Shown here piece after piece: positions 16,911 through 26,376 of a DNA stretch of 31,005 nucleotides (its first letter is position 1; each line of letters begins with the position of its first letter). The notes under the pieces were generated by a model. It worked only from the letters and a program-made list of their open reading frames with translations, searched no databases and was not told the origin of the DNA. The position numbers were made by a program, and so were the translations under genes. Location of the stretch: IMG/VR virus record IMGVR_UViG_2671180986_000015; one strand, given 5' to 3'. Origin of the DNA: a virus (lineage: Duplodnaviria > Heunggongvirae > Uroviricota > Caudoviricetes).

Positions 16911-17935
16911 ATGCAACCGGAACTGCTGGCGCTGTGTTTTTCCCTGCCAGAACCCATCCCTGAGCTGACACCCGCTCAACTGCCGGAATGGCTTGAACTC
17001 GTTCCTGCGGGTGAGTTCACCGGGCGCGATGGCCGGACGTGGATGAACCGCAATCCACATGAGGTGGTTGCCCGTTCGTCCGACATCAACATTCCGGTGG
17101 ACATTGAACATGCCACCGAAATTAAAGGCCCGCGGGGTGAAGAGGCTCCGGCGTATGGCTGGGTGGAAGCACTGCGGGTGACGGACAGCGGCACCATTGA
17201 AGGGCGTGTTGTCTGGAGTGAGTCCGCCCGGTGGATGCTGAGCGAGCGCCGCTACCGCTATTACAGCCCGGCGTTTTTCCATGACGCAGACGGTGCGGTG
17301 ACNNNNNNNNNNNNNNNNNNNNNNNNNNNNNNNNNNNNNNNNNNNNNNNNNNNNNNNNNNNNNNNNNNNNNNNNNNNNNNNNNNNNNNNNNNNNNNNNNN
17401 NNNNNNNNNNNNNNNNNNNNNNNNNNNNNNNNNNNNNNNNNNNNNNNNNNNNNNNNNNNNNNNNNNNNNNNNNNNNNNNNNNNNNNNNNNNNNNNNNNNN
17501 NNNNNNNNNNNNNNNNNNNNNNNNNNNNNNNNNNNNNNNNNNNNNNNNNNNNNNNNNNNNNNNNNNNNNNNNNNNNNNNNNNNNNNNNNNNNNNNNNNNN
17601 NNNNNNNNNNNNNNNNNNNNNNNNNNNNNNNNNNAGAAAAACGCCTTCAGCAACTGGAAGAGAAGGAAGCCGAGGCGCTTGTGGATGCGGCCATCGGGGC
17701 CGGAAAAGTCGCCCCGGCAAACCGTGACATGTTCCTTGCCACCTGCCGCACGGAAGAAGGCCGCAAACAGTTTGCGGAGTACACCAAAGGTGCACAGCCG
17801 CTGGTTAACAACGACAAGCCCAGCCAGGGCAAGGATAAACCCGCGCAGACACTGACCGATGCCGAACTGGCGATGTGTCGCAGCATGGGGATTACCGGGG
17901 AAGAGTTCCTCGCCGCTAAACCGAAACAGGAGTAA
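16911..17935 (+). CDS. Protease/scaffold protein, Mu I/Z-like
   Basis: ATG 16911 with GGAGA upstream. After the masked run the reading frame resumes (EKRLQQLEEKEAEALVDAAIGAGKV...) and ends at TAA 17933-17935, 7 nt before the major head gene. The frame relation across the gap is unknown. Confidence 0.7.
17303..17634. other. N-masked run (332 nt) inside the protease/scaffold gene
   Basis: Literal n characters. Confidence 1.
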
Positions 17936-17942
17936 GTAACAC

Positions 17943-18848
17943 ATGTCACAGACTATCAGTTCTGAAATCCTTCATGCACTGACCACCTGCCTGAGCGCCG
18001 CCTTTACTCGTGGACTGAGTGGTGTCGAACCGCAGTGGAATCGTATTGCTTCTGAGGTGCCGAGTTCGTCCGCCTCCAACACTTACGGCTGGATGAAAGA
18101 TTTACCGGACATCAAAGAATGGGTCGGTGAGCGTCAGCTGGCAACGCTGGACGGTTATGGTTACACCATCACCAACAAACTCTGGGAAAGTTCCATTCGC
18201 GTTAAGCGTGAACACATTGAAGATGACCAGATTGGTCAGTACAGCATTACCGCCGAACGCTATGGCCGTATGACTGCTGTGTTCCCGGACAAGCTGTGTT
18301 ACGCCCTGTTGTGTGCCGGTTTTAACACCCTGTGCTTTGACGGCCAGAACTTCTTTGATGAAGACCACCCGCTGGGTGACGGTACGTACAGCAACGTTGT
18401 CGGCACCCCGGCATCAGACAAGGGCGAACCGTGGTTCCTGATTGATGAGTCGCAGGTGCTGAAACCCATCATCTGGCAGACGCGACGCGCCTTTAAGTTT
18501 GAAGCCCTGGACGATCTGAACAGCGAGCACACCTTCAAGAACCACGAGTTCCTGTACGGCGTGGACGGTCGCTGTAATGCGGGCTTCGGCTTCTGGCAGA
18601 CCGCCGTCGGTTCCCATGCAGCACTGACGGTGGAGAACTACAAAAAAGCCAATGAGTTGCTGCGGGGCATGAAGGGCACCAACGGTGAGCCGCTGGGCAT
18701 CCGCCCGACCACCCTTGTGGTGGGGCCGAAAAACCGTGCGGACGCGAAGCTCATTATTGACGCCATGCTGGTTAACGGCGGCGATTCCAACATCTGGTAC
18801 AAGGATGTGAAGATCGTGGACAGCCCGTACATCACCACCCCGGCATAA
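17943..18848 (+). CDS. Major head subunit (Mu T-like)
   Basis: 301 aa; directly follows the protease/scaffold gene and is followed by hairpins; AGGAG upstream. Confidence 0.85.
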   Translation: MSQTISSEILHALTTCLSAAFTRGLSGVEPQWNRIASEVPSSSASNTYGWMKDLPDIKEWVGERQLATLDGYGYTITNKLWESSIRVKREHIEDDQIGQYSITAERYGRMTAVFPDKLCYALLCAGFNTLCFDGQNFFDEDHPLGDGTYSNVVGTPASDKGEPWFLIDESQVLKPIIWQTRRAFKFEALDDLNSEHTFKNHEFLYGVDGRCNAGFGFWQTAVGSHAALTVENYKKANELLRGMKGTNGEPLGIRPTTLVVGPKNRADAKLIIDAMLVNGGDSNIWYKDVKIVDSPYITTPA

Positions 18849-18919
18849 CCCGTCATCCGTAAACCGCAGTTAAAAGGTGCTGTGAATGCCCTTTTAACTG
18901 CCTTTTAAAAGGCAGAGTC

Positions 18920-19231
18920 ATGAGTGAAAAAGCAGAAACCAAAGGCGCGAAAGCCGCAAAGAACAGCGCTGCACAGGAAAACCCGGCACCGCTGGCAGAC
19001 GTTATTGTGGCTGACGGTCAGGCGAATGAACCACGTCCGGCTGAAGACCCGGTTGCTGTACAGGGTGACGCCCCTGTCCGGCTGAACGTCAGGGCCGTGT
19101 CTGAAAACGGGTTCTGGCGCTGTGGCCGTTTCTGGTCACATATCGGTGAGGATGTGGCGGTGAGCGCTGCGGTTGCCACCCGCCTGATGGCAGAGCCGAA
19201 TCTGATTGTCCGGGAAGCGGAGAAAGGCTGA
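18920..19231 (+). CDS. Hypothetical head-region protein (Mu gp35 position)
   Basis: ATG 18920; 103 aa, acidic and Ala/Pro-rich N-terminus; function unknown. Confidence 0.55.
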   Translation: MSEKAETKGAKAAKNSAAQENPAPLADVIVADGQANEPRPAEDPVAVQGDAPVRLNVRAVSENGFWRCGRFWSHIGEDVAVSAAVATRLMAEPNLIVREAEKG

Positions 19232-19668
19232 TGGGATACATCACGCAGGAAGACCTGTTACGCGCGGACGGCAATCTTGTCTGGAACATGGCGATTAACC
19301 GGGAAACCAACGGGCTGGATGAAGACAAAATCCGTCAGGCCATCAGTGATGCGGAAGCGGAAATTGATTCGTTTCTGTCCCGCCGCTACCAGCTGCCGCT
19401 GGGGGTGACGGAAATCCCGCGCCCGCTGCAACGCGTGGCGGTATCGCTGGCGTTTTACTGGTTATCAGAGCGTGACAATCAAATCACGGAGCTGATCCAG
19501 AAACGCTACGACGACGCCATTAAAACCCTGCGTGAAATGGCGAACGGCACCCGTGACCTGGGCCTGCCGACGTATGCCACCCCGGCAGAAACCGACAACG
19601 GGAAAATTATTGTGGTGGGTGCCAATGCCCGGCTGTTCACCCGTAACAACCTGAAAGGGGTGCTGTGA
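19231..19668 (+). CDS. Mu gp36-like protein (DUF1320-type, head-tail joining candidate)
   Basis: ATG 19231 overlapping the previous stop; 145 aa; position after the major head gene. Confidence 0.6.
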   Translation: MGYITQEDLLRADGNLVWNMAINRETNGLDEDKIRQAISDAEAEIDSFLSRRYQLPLGVTEIPRPLQRVAVSLAFYWLSERDNQITELIQKRYDDAIKTLREMANGTRDLGLPTYATPAETDNGKIIVVGANARLFTRNNLKGVL

Positions 19669-20210
19669 TGGGGATTTCTGTACAGGTCAGCGGTGACCAG
19701 CGTCTGGAGGATATCCGCCGCGCCGTTGAAAAGCTGGCAGAGGGTTCATTGCAGTCAGAGCTGCTGGAAAGCATCGGTGCGGTGGTGGAATCACAGACCC
19801 GCCGCCGCATCATCGATGAGAAAACCAGTCCGGCCAGCGTTCGCCACCCGGACTGGTCTGACGGGTACAAAAAGACCCGCCACGGCAACCAGAGTCTGCT
19901 GCGCGGTGAAGGCCATCTGCTGGAGAGTATCCAGTACATCGTGGAAAACCGCGTGGTGCGTATCGGTTCACCGCTGGATTATGCCCGCATCATGAATGAC
20001 GGCTTTTCCGGCAGCGTGCCGGTCAGCGCCCACAAACGGCTTATCTCGCAGTGTTTCGGGCGGGCGCTGAAATATCCGGTCTGGCAGACCGTCGGTGCAC
20101 ATCACCGCATGATGAACATTCCGCAACGTGAATTTCTGGGGCTGTCTTCTGCCAGCCAGCAGGAGCTGCAACAGGTTATCAGTCATTTCTGGAAGGAGGT
20201 TCTGCCATGA
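19668..20210 (+). CDS. Virion morphogenesis / tail completion protein (Mu G / P2 S-like)
   Basis: ATG 19668 with AAAGGGG 7 nt upstream; motif QTRRRIIDEKTSP resembles the virion morphogenesis family. Confidence 0.6.
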   Translation: MGISVQVSGDQRLEDIRRAVEKLAEGSLQSELLESIGAVVESQTRRRIIDEKTSPASVRHPDWSDGYKKTRHGNQSLLRGEGHLLESIQYIVENRVVRIGSPLDYARIMNDGFSGSVPVSAHKRLISQCFGRALKYPVWQTVGAHHRMMNIPQREFLGLSSASQQELQQVISHFWKEVLP

Positions 20211-20818
20211 CAGAACAACGCCCTGAACTGCGCACACCGGGGAGCACCGTTGCGGCCGCAGAGCGCATTGTGGCCTGGCTGCAGACGGCCCTTCAGGGGG
20301 ACACCCCCGACCGGGCTGATGTGGTGGAGCGTCACATCGGCCAGTTCAACAGCACGGATGAAGTGAAACGCTATCTGTCCGGTCGCACCGGCTGTATCCG
20401 GGTAGCTGCCCTGCGTGTCCGGGATATCAACCCGCGCGGCGGGCTGTCCGGTCTGGTTACCTGGGTGGCTTACATCATGGCGACGGATTCGTGGGGGTAC
20501 TCCCGCGACGTGCGCTGTGAAGTGCTGGCCGGGAAGGTGATCAAACGCCTGCTGTCGTCGGATGCCACCGGGGGCATGGGGGCTGAACGTATGGCCGCTG
20601 ATGTGCGGGCAGACAACATTTACTCCGTCAGCCTCGACGGGCTGGGTGTCACCATGTGGGCGGTGACGTGGGAGCAGGAATTCCGGCTGGATGAAGAGAT
20701 TGATCTCGCCGCGCTCCCTGATTTCCTGCGCCTCGGGGCAACGCTGCGCTGCGGCGAACACACTGAAATTAACGACGTGATCCATGTACGGGGTGACGAT
20801 GGAACAGAAACTGATTAA
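20207..20818 (+). CDS. Mu gp37-like structural protein (DUF1834-type)
   Basis: ATG 20207 with GGAGG upstream, overlapping the previous stop; 203 aa; lies between the morphogenesis gene and the sheath. Confidence 0.55.
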   Translation: MTEQRPELRTPGSTVAAAERIVAWLQTALQGDTPDRADVVERHIGQFNSTDEVKRYLSGRTGCIRVAALRVRDINPRGGLSGLVTWVAYIMATDSWGYSRDVRCEVLAGKVIKRLLSSDATGGMGAERMAADVRADNIYSVSLDGLGVTMWAVTWEQEFRLDEEIDLAALPDFLRLGATLRCGEHTEINDVIHVRGDDGTETD

Positions 20819-20984
20819 GCCAGCGCGGGAAAACGTCCGTGTCCGTAAACCGGATGGCGCACATTTATCCCCGGAAGGGGAACGTCTCAACGTCTGCGCT
20901 TACTGGCTGCGCCGTGAAGCCGAGGGAGATGTGGAAATAACCACACTTCCGAAAAATAACAACAAAACCAGAGGGAAAAAATAA
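20799..20984 (+). CDS. Small protein, Mu gp38-like (DUF2635-type)
   Basis: 61 aa MEQKLIKPARENVRVRKPDGAHLSPEGERLNVCAYWLRREAEGDV...; immediately upstream of the sheath gene. Start chosen at ATG 20799 rather than the overlapping track start. Confidence 0.55.
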   Translation: MEQKLIKPARENVRVRKPDGAHLSPEGERLNVCAYWLRREAEGDVEITTLPKNNNKTRGKK

Positions 20985-22459
20985 TGTCGCTGGGTTCCAT
21001 TCCTGATGATATCCGCGTCCCGCTTGTCTGGATCGATATCGACAATTCACAGGCGCTGGAGGGTGCATCCGCGCAAAGCCGAAAAATTCTGGTCATGGGC
21101 CATGCGGTATCGTCCGGCAGCGCAGACGCCCTGTCACTGACCCGCATCACCAGTGACAGCCAGGCAGACCAGCTTTATGGCAAAGGGTCGATGCTGGCTG
21201 AAATGCTCAAAATGCTGCGTCGTGCCAACACGTACACGGAAACCTGGGCGATGCCGGTTGCCGCTCCTGAAGGCGCTGCCGCAAAAGCCACGCTGACCGT
21301 GCTGGGTACAGCGACCGAAGCCGGAACGGTGGCACTGCTGATTAACGGTGTGTCCGTTCAGGTGAGCGTGAGCGCCGGGGATACGAAGGAAAACATTGCA
21401 AAAGCCATTGCTGATGCGGTGACGAAAAAGCCTGCCACGCAGGTGGCCGCTGCGGTGAAGGATGATGCCACGGATACCGTGGAGCTGACCGTGAACTGGC
21501 ACGGCGTCACCGGCAACGGTGCCGACGTTCGCCTGAACTACCACACCGGTGAAGCCTTCCCGGCAGGTGTGAAGGTGACCGCAACCGCGTTTACCGGCGG
21601 CACCGGGACACCGGAAATGGCAGACGCCGTTGCGGCCATCGGCCCGGAGTGGTTTACCGATATCATCGCCCCGTTCACCGACACGAAAAGCCTGAACACC
21701 CTGCGTGATGAACTGCTGAACCGCTGGGGGCCGCTCAAAATGATGGAAGCGCAGCTGTGGACGGCGTTTCGTGGCACACACGGGGAAACCGGCACGTTTG
21801 GTGAAACCCGCAATGACTGGCTGATTAGCTGTATCGGCACCAACCTGTCACCGCACCCGGCGTGGATGTGGGCCGCGTCATACGGCGCAACGGCAGCGTA
21901 TCACCTTGCCATTGACCCGGCGCGACCGCTTCAGACGCTGGTCCTGACCGGCATTCTGCCGCCTGCGCGTAATGTTCGCTGGGATATGCCGGAGCGTAAT
22001 CTGCTGCTGCATGACGGCATTGCCACGCACATGGTGGACGCCGGGGATAACGTCTGCATCGAGCGCGAAATCACCATGTACCGGGTTAACCAGTACGGTG
22101 ATGCGGATGTGTCGTACCTGGATGTGCAGTCACCCGCCACGCTGGGCCGTATCCGTTACATCATCAAGAACCGTTTCACGAACCGTTATCCGCGCCACAA
22201 GCTGGCGGATGATGACGTGCTGGACTCGCTGGATGCGGGGCAGCCGGTGATGACGCCGAAGCTGTGCACCGCAGAACTGCTGGATATCTGCCAGACCGAA
22301 CTTCTCCCGGCGGGCCTTGTGGAGAACTTCAGCGATTACAAAGACACGCTTCAGGTGACACGTGACAGCAGTGATAAAAACCGCCTGAACTTTATCTGCC
22401 ACCCGAATCTGGTGAACCAGCTGCGTGTGCTGGCAGGCCTGATTCAGTTCAAGCTTTAA
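20984..22459 (+). CDS. Tail sheath protein (Mu L-like)
   Basis: 491 aa; GAGGGA RBS; followed by a small tube-sized gene, the standard contractile-tail order. Confidence 0.88.
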   Translation: MSLGSIPDDIRVPLVWIDIDNSQALEGASAQSRKILVMGHAVSSGSADALSLTRITSDSQADQLYGKGSMLAEMLKMLRRANTYTETWAMPVAAPEGAAAKATLTVLGTATEAGTVALLINGVSVQVSVSAGDTKENIAKAIADAVTKKPATQVAAAVKDDATDTVELTVNWHGVTGNGADVRLNYHTGEAFPAGVKVTATAFTGGTGTPEMADAVAAIGPEWFTDIIAPFTDTKSLNTLRDELLNRWGPLKMMEAQLWTAFRGTHGETGTFGETRNDWLISCIGTNLSPHPAWMWAASYGATAAYHLAIDPARPLQTLVLTGILPPARNVRWDMPERNLLLHDGIATHMVDAGDNVCIEREITMYRVNQYGDADVSYLDVQSPATLGRIRYIIKNRFTNRYPRHKLADDDVLDSLDAGQPVMTPKLCTAELLDICQTELLPAGLVENFSDYKDTLQVTRDSSDKNRLNFICHPNLVNQLRVLAGLIQFKL

Positions 22460-22468
22460 GGGGGCCAC

Positions 22469-22825
22469 ATGGCAAAAATTCTTGGTATGGCGACCATTCG
22501 CGTGAATGGCCGCGAAATTAAAACCGAGGGGAAATCCACGCTGAATCCGGGCGGCTTCAGCCGCACCCAGCATATGGGCGGCGGCAAGGTCTGGGGTATC
22601 TCCAGCAAGATGGCCTCGCCGTCCATCAAGGTAACCATTGCGGCGGCAGCGGATATGGACGTGATTGAAATCAGCAGCTGGGAAGATGTCACGGTGATGT
22701 TCTACGGCGACAACGGCCTGAACTACATGATGACGGGTTCCGCCACGGATAACCCGGCAGAGCTGGACGAGGATTCCGGCACCATCAGTGCCAACTTTAT
22801 CGGTGAAAAATGCGTGAAGGTGTGA
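22469..22825 (+). CDS. Tail tube protein (Mu M-like)
   Basis: 118 aa immediately after the sheath gene. Confidence 0.8.
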   Translation: MAKILGMATIRVNGREIKTEGKSTLNPGGFSRTQHMGGGKVWGISSKMASPSIKVTIAAAADMDVIEISSWEDVTVMFYGDNGLNYMMTGSATDNPAELDEDSGTISANFIGEKCVKV

Positions 22826-22826
22826 C

Positions 22827-23222
22827 ATGGCCGCAATGGAATTTGAACTGAAACACGGGCTTCTGACCGGCAAAGGCACGGCAGATGAAACCCTGCATAA
22901 AACCGTGAAACTGCGCGAACTGACCGCCAGTGATGTGATTGATGCGCAACTGGCCGCAGAACGCGTCGTCATGGGCGGGAACGGAAAGGCGGTGGCCTAC
23001 TGTTCTGAGGTGCTGATGGGACTGGAGATGATGCGCCGTCAGGTTGCGTCAATCGGTAATATCCCCGGCCCGCTGGACATGAAACAGCTGCGAATGCTCC
23101 ACCCGGCAGACCTTGAGCTTATCAGCACGAAAGCGGCTGTGCTGGATGACATGCTTGAGGAGGTGGCAACGCGGGGGCGAACTGATGCCGCTGGCGTCGG
23201 CACTGATGAACCTGCTGGTTAA
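22827..23222 (+). CDS. Tail assembly chaperone (Mu gp41-like)
   Basis: 131 aa between the tube and tape measure genes; an overlapping +1 frame ORF extends to 23322. Confidence 0.7.
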   Translation: MAAMEFELKHGLLTGKGTADETLHKTVKLRELTASDVIDAQLAAERVVMGGNGKAVAYCSEVLMGLEMMRRQVASIGNIPGPLDMKQLRMLHPADLELISTKAAVLDDMLEEVATRGRTDAAGVGTDEPAG

Positions 23223-23322
23223 CCTGTCTTCGCGATTCAGCATTCAGTACCTGGAACAGCTGCCCCTGCGGCAGCTGTTCCGCCTGATAAAGCAACTGGA
23301 GAAACAGCATGGCAACAGGTAA
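23113..23322 (+). CDS. Overlapping +1 frame ORF, candidate frameshift extension of the tail assembly chaperone
   Basis: Open +1 frame overlapping the chaperone 3-prime end and ending 14 nt inside the tape measure gene; the GGG GGC GA context at 23172-23180 includes a rare CGA codon in the zero frame. Confidence 0.3.
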   Translation: MSLSARKRLCWMTCLRRWQRGGELMPLASALMNLLVNLSSRFSIQYLEQLPLRQLFRLIKQLEKQHGNR

Positions 23323-25102
23323 CCGTCTCAGCACGGAAATCATGATCAACCTTGCCGGGAACCTGACCGCCAAAGCCCGGCAGTATGGCGCGAATATGTC
23401 GCAGTTCGCCCGGAATAACCAGAAAGCCATGCGCCTGGTCAAAGCCACAACGGAGGCCGCAGGACGCGGCCTTGATACGCTTGGTAACCGCTACACGGCA
23501 ATGATAGCCGGGCTTGGCAGTAGTCTTACCATCAAACAGGTTGCCGATTTTGATGCGCAGATGCGCCGGATGGGTACGGATGCCCAGTTAACCACTGAAC
23601 AGGTAAAGACGCTTCACGACAAAATCAGGGATGTATCGAACCAGAAAGATATTCGTATTGATGCTTCTGCGCTTGGTCAGGGGGCCAGCGAACTTCTGGG
23701 GAAAACCGGTGATTATCAGTATGTGGTGGACAACCTCCGCAACATGGGGTTGATGATGCAGGCGTTCGGTGTTGACGGACAGGTTGCAGCCGGGATGATG
23801 GCGCAGTTCTGGGAAAAAGGTGTCCGGGGCGCTGATGCGGTCAGCAACACAATGGACAGGTTGTATGCACAGTTCGCGGTGGGTTCTGTCAGCGTTGCTG
23901 ATGTTGCCCGCGCGGCCCCGAAACTGTTTTCCATCATTCAGGATCAGGGACCGGAAGCCATTGCGCAGATGGGGGCATTTGCTCAGGTGTTTGCCAAAAA
24001 CAAAGGCAGCATTGATGAGACAGTGACCAGTATTCAGGCCATGTATGCCTCCCTGTCGGACAAAAAGAACATTGAGTTCCTGAAAAAAAACGGCATTGAC
24101 GTTTTTGTCAAAGGCACAAAAGACATCAAAAAGCCCTATGAGCTGATGATGGAAATCCTTAAACGGGCCAAATACGACCCGCTGAAACTTCAGGATGTGT
24201 TTGATCTGACCGGAATGCAGGGGATTAAGGCGCTGCTTAACCCTGAAAACCGGCAACTGATGGAACAAATGATTTACGGCACGATTGAGCTGGGTTCCAC
24301 GCAAAAGGCCGCACAGACCAATGCCGAAGGCTTTAATGCCGCAATACAGTCACTGAATAACGAATGGCAACGTTTTGCTGAAGGGCAACTGGCAAAGCCC
24401 GTTCAGGACCTGGCGGATGCGCTCAACAGCGTGGACCAGAACACTGCCCAGAACTGGTTGCAGGTCGGTAAATATATGGCGATCGCGCTGGGCGGCATTA
24501 TCGCCATCAGAAAGACGTATCAGTTCGGTAAAACCATCCACGACATCATGAATCCCAAAGGGAAAGGCAAAGGGATACCCGGCAGCATTACGGATGTTTT
24601 CGGCTCCGGTGTGATGCCGGTTTATGTGGTCAATATGGGCAGTGGCGGGATGAAGGGTAATACCGGCGGTCTGCCGGATGCGCCGGATTCATCGCGCAAT
24701 CCCCGTAACTCCCGCAACCCACGTGGGCCAAAGACGCCAGCGCTGGTTACACCACAAACTGCATCAGGATTTAATCTCCTTGACATGGTGCTCTCTGCTT
24801 TCCCTAAGAACAAAGAGGAAGCAGATGCGTTAATCGCACGGGTTCAGGAAAACAACAACCGCCCGACGGTATGGACGGATATCAGGAACTGGTTTAACTC
24901 TCTGGAAAAAAAGAATATTGCCGACCCGCGACCGTGGGCTGGTATGCAACCCACTCAGAATTATCCTTTCCTTCCGCAACAATTGCAGGGGGAAATCCGT
25001 GTGGTGGTGGAAGGTGATGCCCGCGTGAAAAGCGTCAGAGTGGATCAACCCGGCGTCAGACTCAGTGCGCAGGCTGGCGTCACCAGCGTGGAGCAGGGTT
25101 AA
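23309..25102 (+). CDS. Tail tape measure protein
   Basis: 597 aa, Ala/Gln/Met-rich helical protein with a hydrophobic segment (YMAIALGGIIAI) and a short tandem peptide repeat (NPRNSRNPRG), in the canonical position after the chaperone. Confidence 0.85.
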   Translation: MATGNRLSTEIMINLAGNLTAKARQYGANMSQFARNNQKAMRLVKATTEAAGRGLDTLGNRYTAMIAGLGSSLTIKQVADFDAQMRRMGTDAQLTTEQVKTLHDKIRDVSNQKDIRIDASALGQGASELLGKTGDYQYVVDNLRNMGLMMQAFGVDGQVAAGMMAQFWEKGVRGADAVSNTMDRLYAQFAVGSVSVADVARAAPKLFSIIQDQGPEAIAQMGAFAQVFAKNKGSIDETVTSIQAMYASLSDKKNIEFLKKNGIDVFVKGTKDIKKPYELMMEILKRAKYDPLKLQDVFDLTGMQGIKALLNPENRQLMEQMIYGTIELGSTQKAAQTNAEGFNAAIQSLNNEWQRFAEGQLAKPVQDLADALNSVDQNTAQNWLQVGKYMAIALGGIIAIRKTYQFGKTIHDIMNPKGKGKGIPGSITDVFGSGVMPVYVVNMGSGGMKGNTGGLPDAPDSSRNPRNSRNPRGPKTPALVTPQTASGFNLLDMVLSAFPKNKEEADALIARVQENNNRPTVWTDIRNWFNSLEKKNIADPRPWAGMQPTQNYPFLPQQLQGEIRVVVEGDARVKSVRVDQPGVRLSAQAGVTSVEQG

Positions 25103-26376
25103 TGACAACGAGCAACGGTAAATGGGACTGGCTGCGCGACGCCTCGTTTCGTGGCGTCCCCTTCTTTCTGGTGGATACGGAGGGCACCGGTGGTCGTCGT
25201 GCCATTCCCCGTGCTTATCCCCGGCGTGAAACCGCCTGGACGGATGATAACGGGGCCGTTCCGGGGCAACAGCAGATTAACGCAAAGCTGCCAGGTAAAA
25301 ACTTCCGGGATGATTTAAACGCCCTTTTAGATGCGCTCAATACCCCCGGCCCCGGCGAGCTTGTCCACCCGTGGTTCGGGATACAGACCGTACAGGTTGG
25401 CAAGGTCACCCATCGCCTCAGCACGGAGGAAGACGGCATTGCGTATGTCACCTTTGAAGTGTTTGAGGCAGGCGAGCGCCTGTTCCCGTCTGCGGCGGAT
25501 AACACGCAGCAGGAAGTGCTGACAGGCATTGATGCGGTGAAAGCCGCCATTGACGATGGCGACTGGTTCGGCGCACTCGACGGGCTGGGTGACATGGCCG
25601 ACAGTTTTCTGGCCGATATGGAAAACCTTGTGGCTAACCTGCCCACGTTACCGGCAGCACTGAATCAGTGGATGGACAGGCTGAAGCATTTTAAGGCGAT
25701 GGCCGGAACTCTCATTGCCACACCGGGGCGTCTGGTCAGTGAGCTGTCAGCACGGGTGGAAGATATTGCGGGCCTTGTGACGGAACCACCCGAAGCACTG
25801 GCGGTTTACACGACATTACGCAACCAGTGGGCCGGAGAACGTGCCAGGCAGATTGCCACCGGCGCACTGCCGGAAGATATCACCGTGAAGCCCGGCAGCG
25901 TGGCAGACGGCAACCCCGGCTTTGCCATCGGGCTGTCACCGGATTATCAGCCGGTATCTGACAGCCTGCAAAAGAACATTGACGACTTCCGCCAGGTGGT
26001 TGTGCTGGGAGCCCTGCTGGGACAGGCCAGTGCCGTGGCCTCGATGACGTTCGATACCCGTGATGCGGCGTTATCTGCCGGTGACACGCTGGCGGCTGAA
26101 CTGCATGAGCAGGCGGTGGCGGCGGTGGAAAACAACCAGCGGACATTGTGGCGAACGCTGCGCGATTTACGGCAGGCCGTGATTACGGATGCCCGCGAGC
26201 GTGCCGCCCGTCTGCCGGAAACCCGGCAGGTGACGCTGACCACAACCACCTCTGCCGCATTGCTGGCATGGCGCGAGCATGGTGACACACGCCGACGGGA
26301 TGAAATCGTGCAGCGTAACCGCCTGCGTCATCCGTCATTCATCCTGCCGACGCAACCTGTGGAGATCACCGACTGA
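25102..26376 (+). CDS. DNA circularisation protein (Mu N-like)
   Basis: 424 aa; start overlaps the tape measure stop; position between tape measure and baseplate genes. Confidence 0.8.
   Translation: MTTSNGKWDWLRDASFRGVPFFLVDTEGTGGRRAIPRAYPRRETAWTDDNGAVPGQQQINAKLPGKNFRDDLNALLDALNTPGPGELVHPWFGIQTVQVGKVTHRLSTEEDGIAYVTFEVFEAGERLFPSAADNTQQEVLTGIDAVKAAIDDGDWFGALDGLGDMADSFLADMENLVANLPTLPAALNQWMDRLKHFKAMAGTLIATPGRLVSELSARVEDIAGLVTEPPEALAVYTTLRNQWAGERARQIATGALPEDITVKPGSVADGNPGFAIGLSPDYQPVSDSLQKNIDDFRQVVVLGALLGQASAVASMTFDTRDAALSAGDTLAAELHEQAVAAVENNQRTLWRTLRDLRQAVITDARERAARLPETRQVTLTTTTSAALLAWREHGDTRRRDEIVQRNRLRHPSFILPTQPVEITD

Noticed and set aside
15909-17795. 628-aa minus-strand ORF (and 16031..16957, 11851..12816, 14030..14746, 13968..15206 minus-strand ORFs) containing long X runs
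   Set aside because: Open only because N-runs contain no stops; the unmasked parts are antisense to clearly coding + strand genes.
20183-20890. 235-aa minus-strand ORF antisense to the gp37-like gene (similar cases 21134..21781 and 22130..22972 inside the sheath gene)
   Set aside because: GC-rich coding DNA commonly yields long antisense open frames; the + strand genes have RBSs, coupling and canonical order.
24680-24730. Possible CRISPR-like repeats
   Set aside because: The only tandem repeat seen is a short imperfect in-frame coding repeat in the tape measure gene; no repeat-spacer array structure anywhere in the window.
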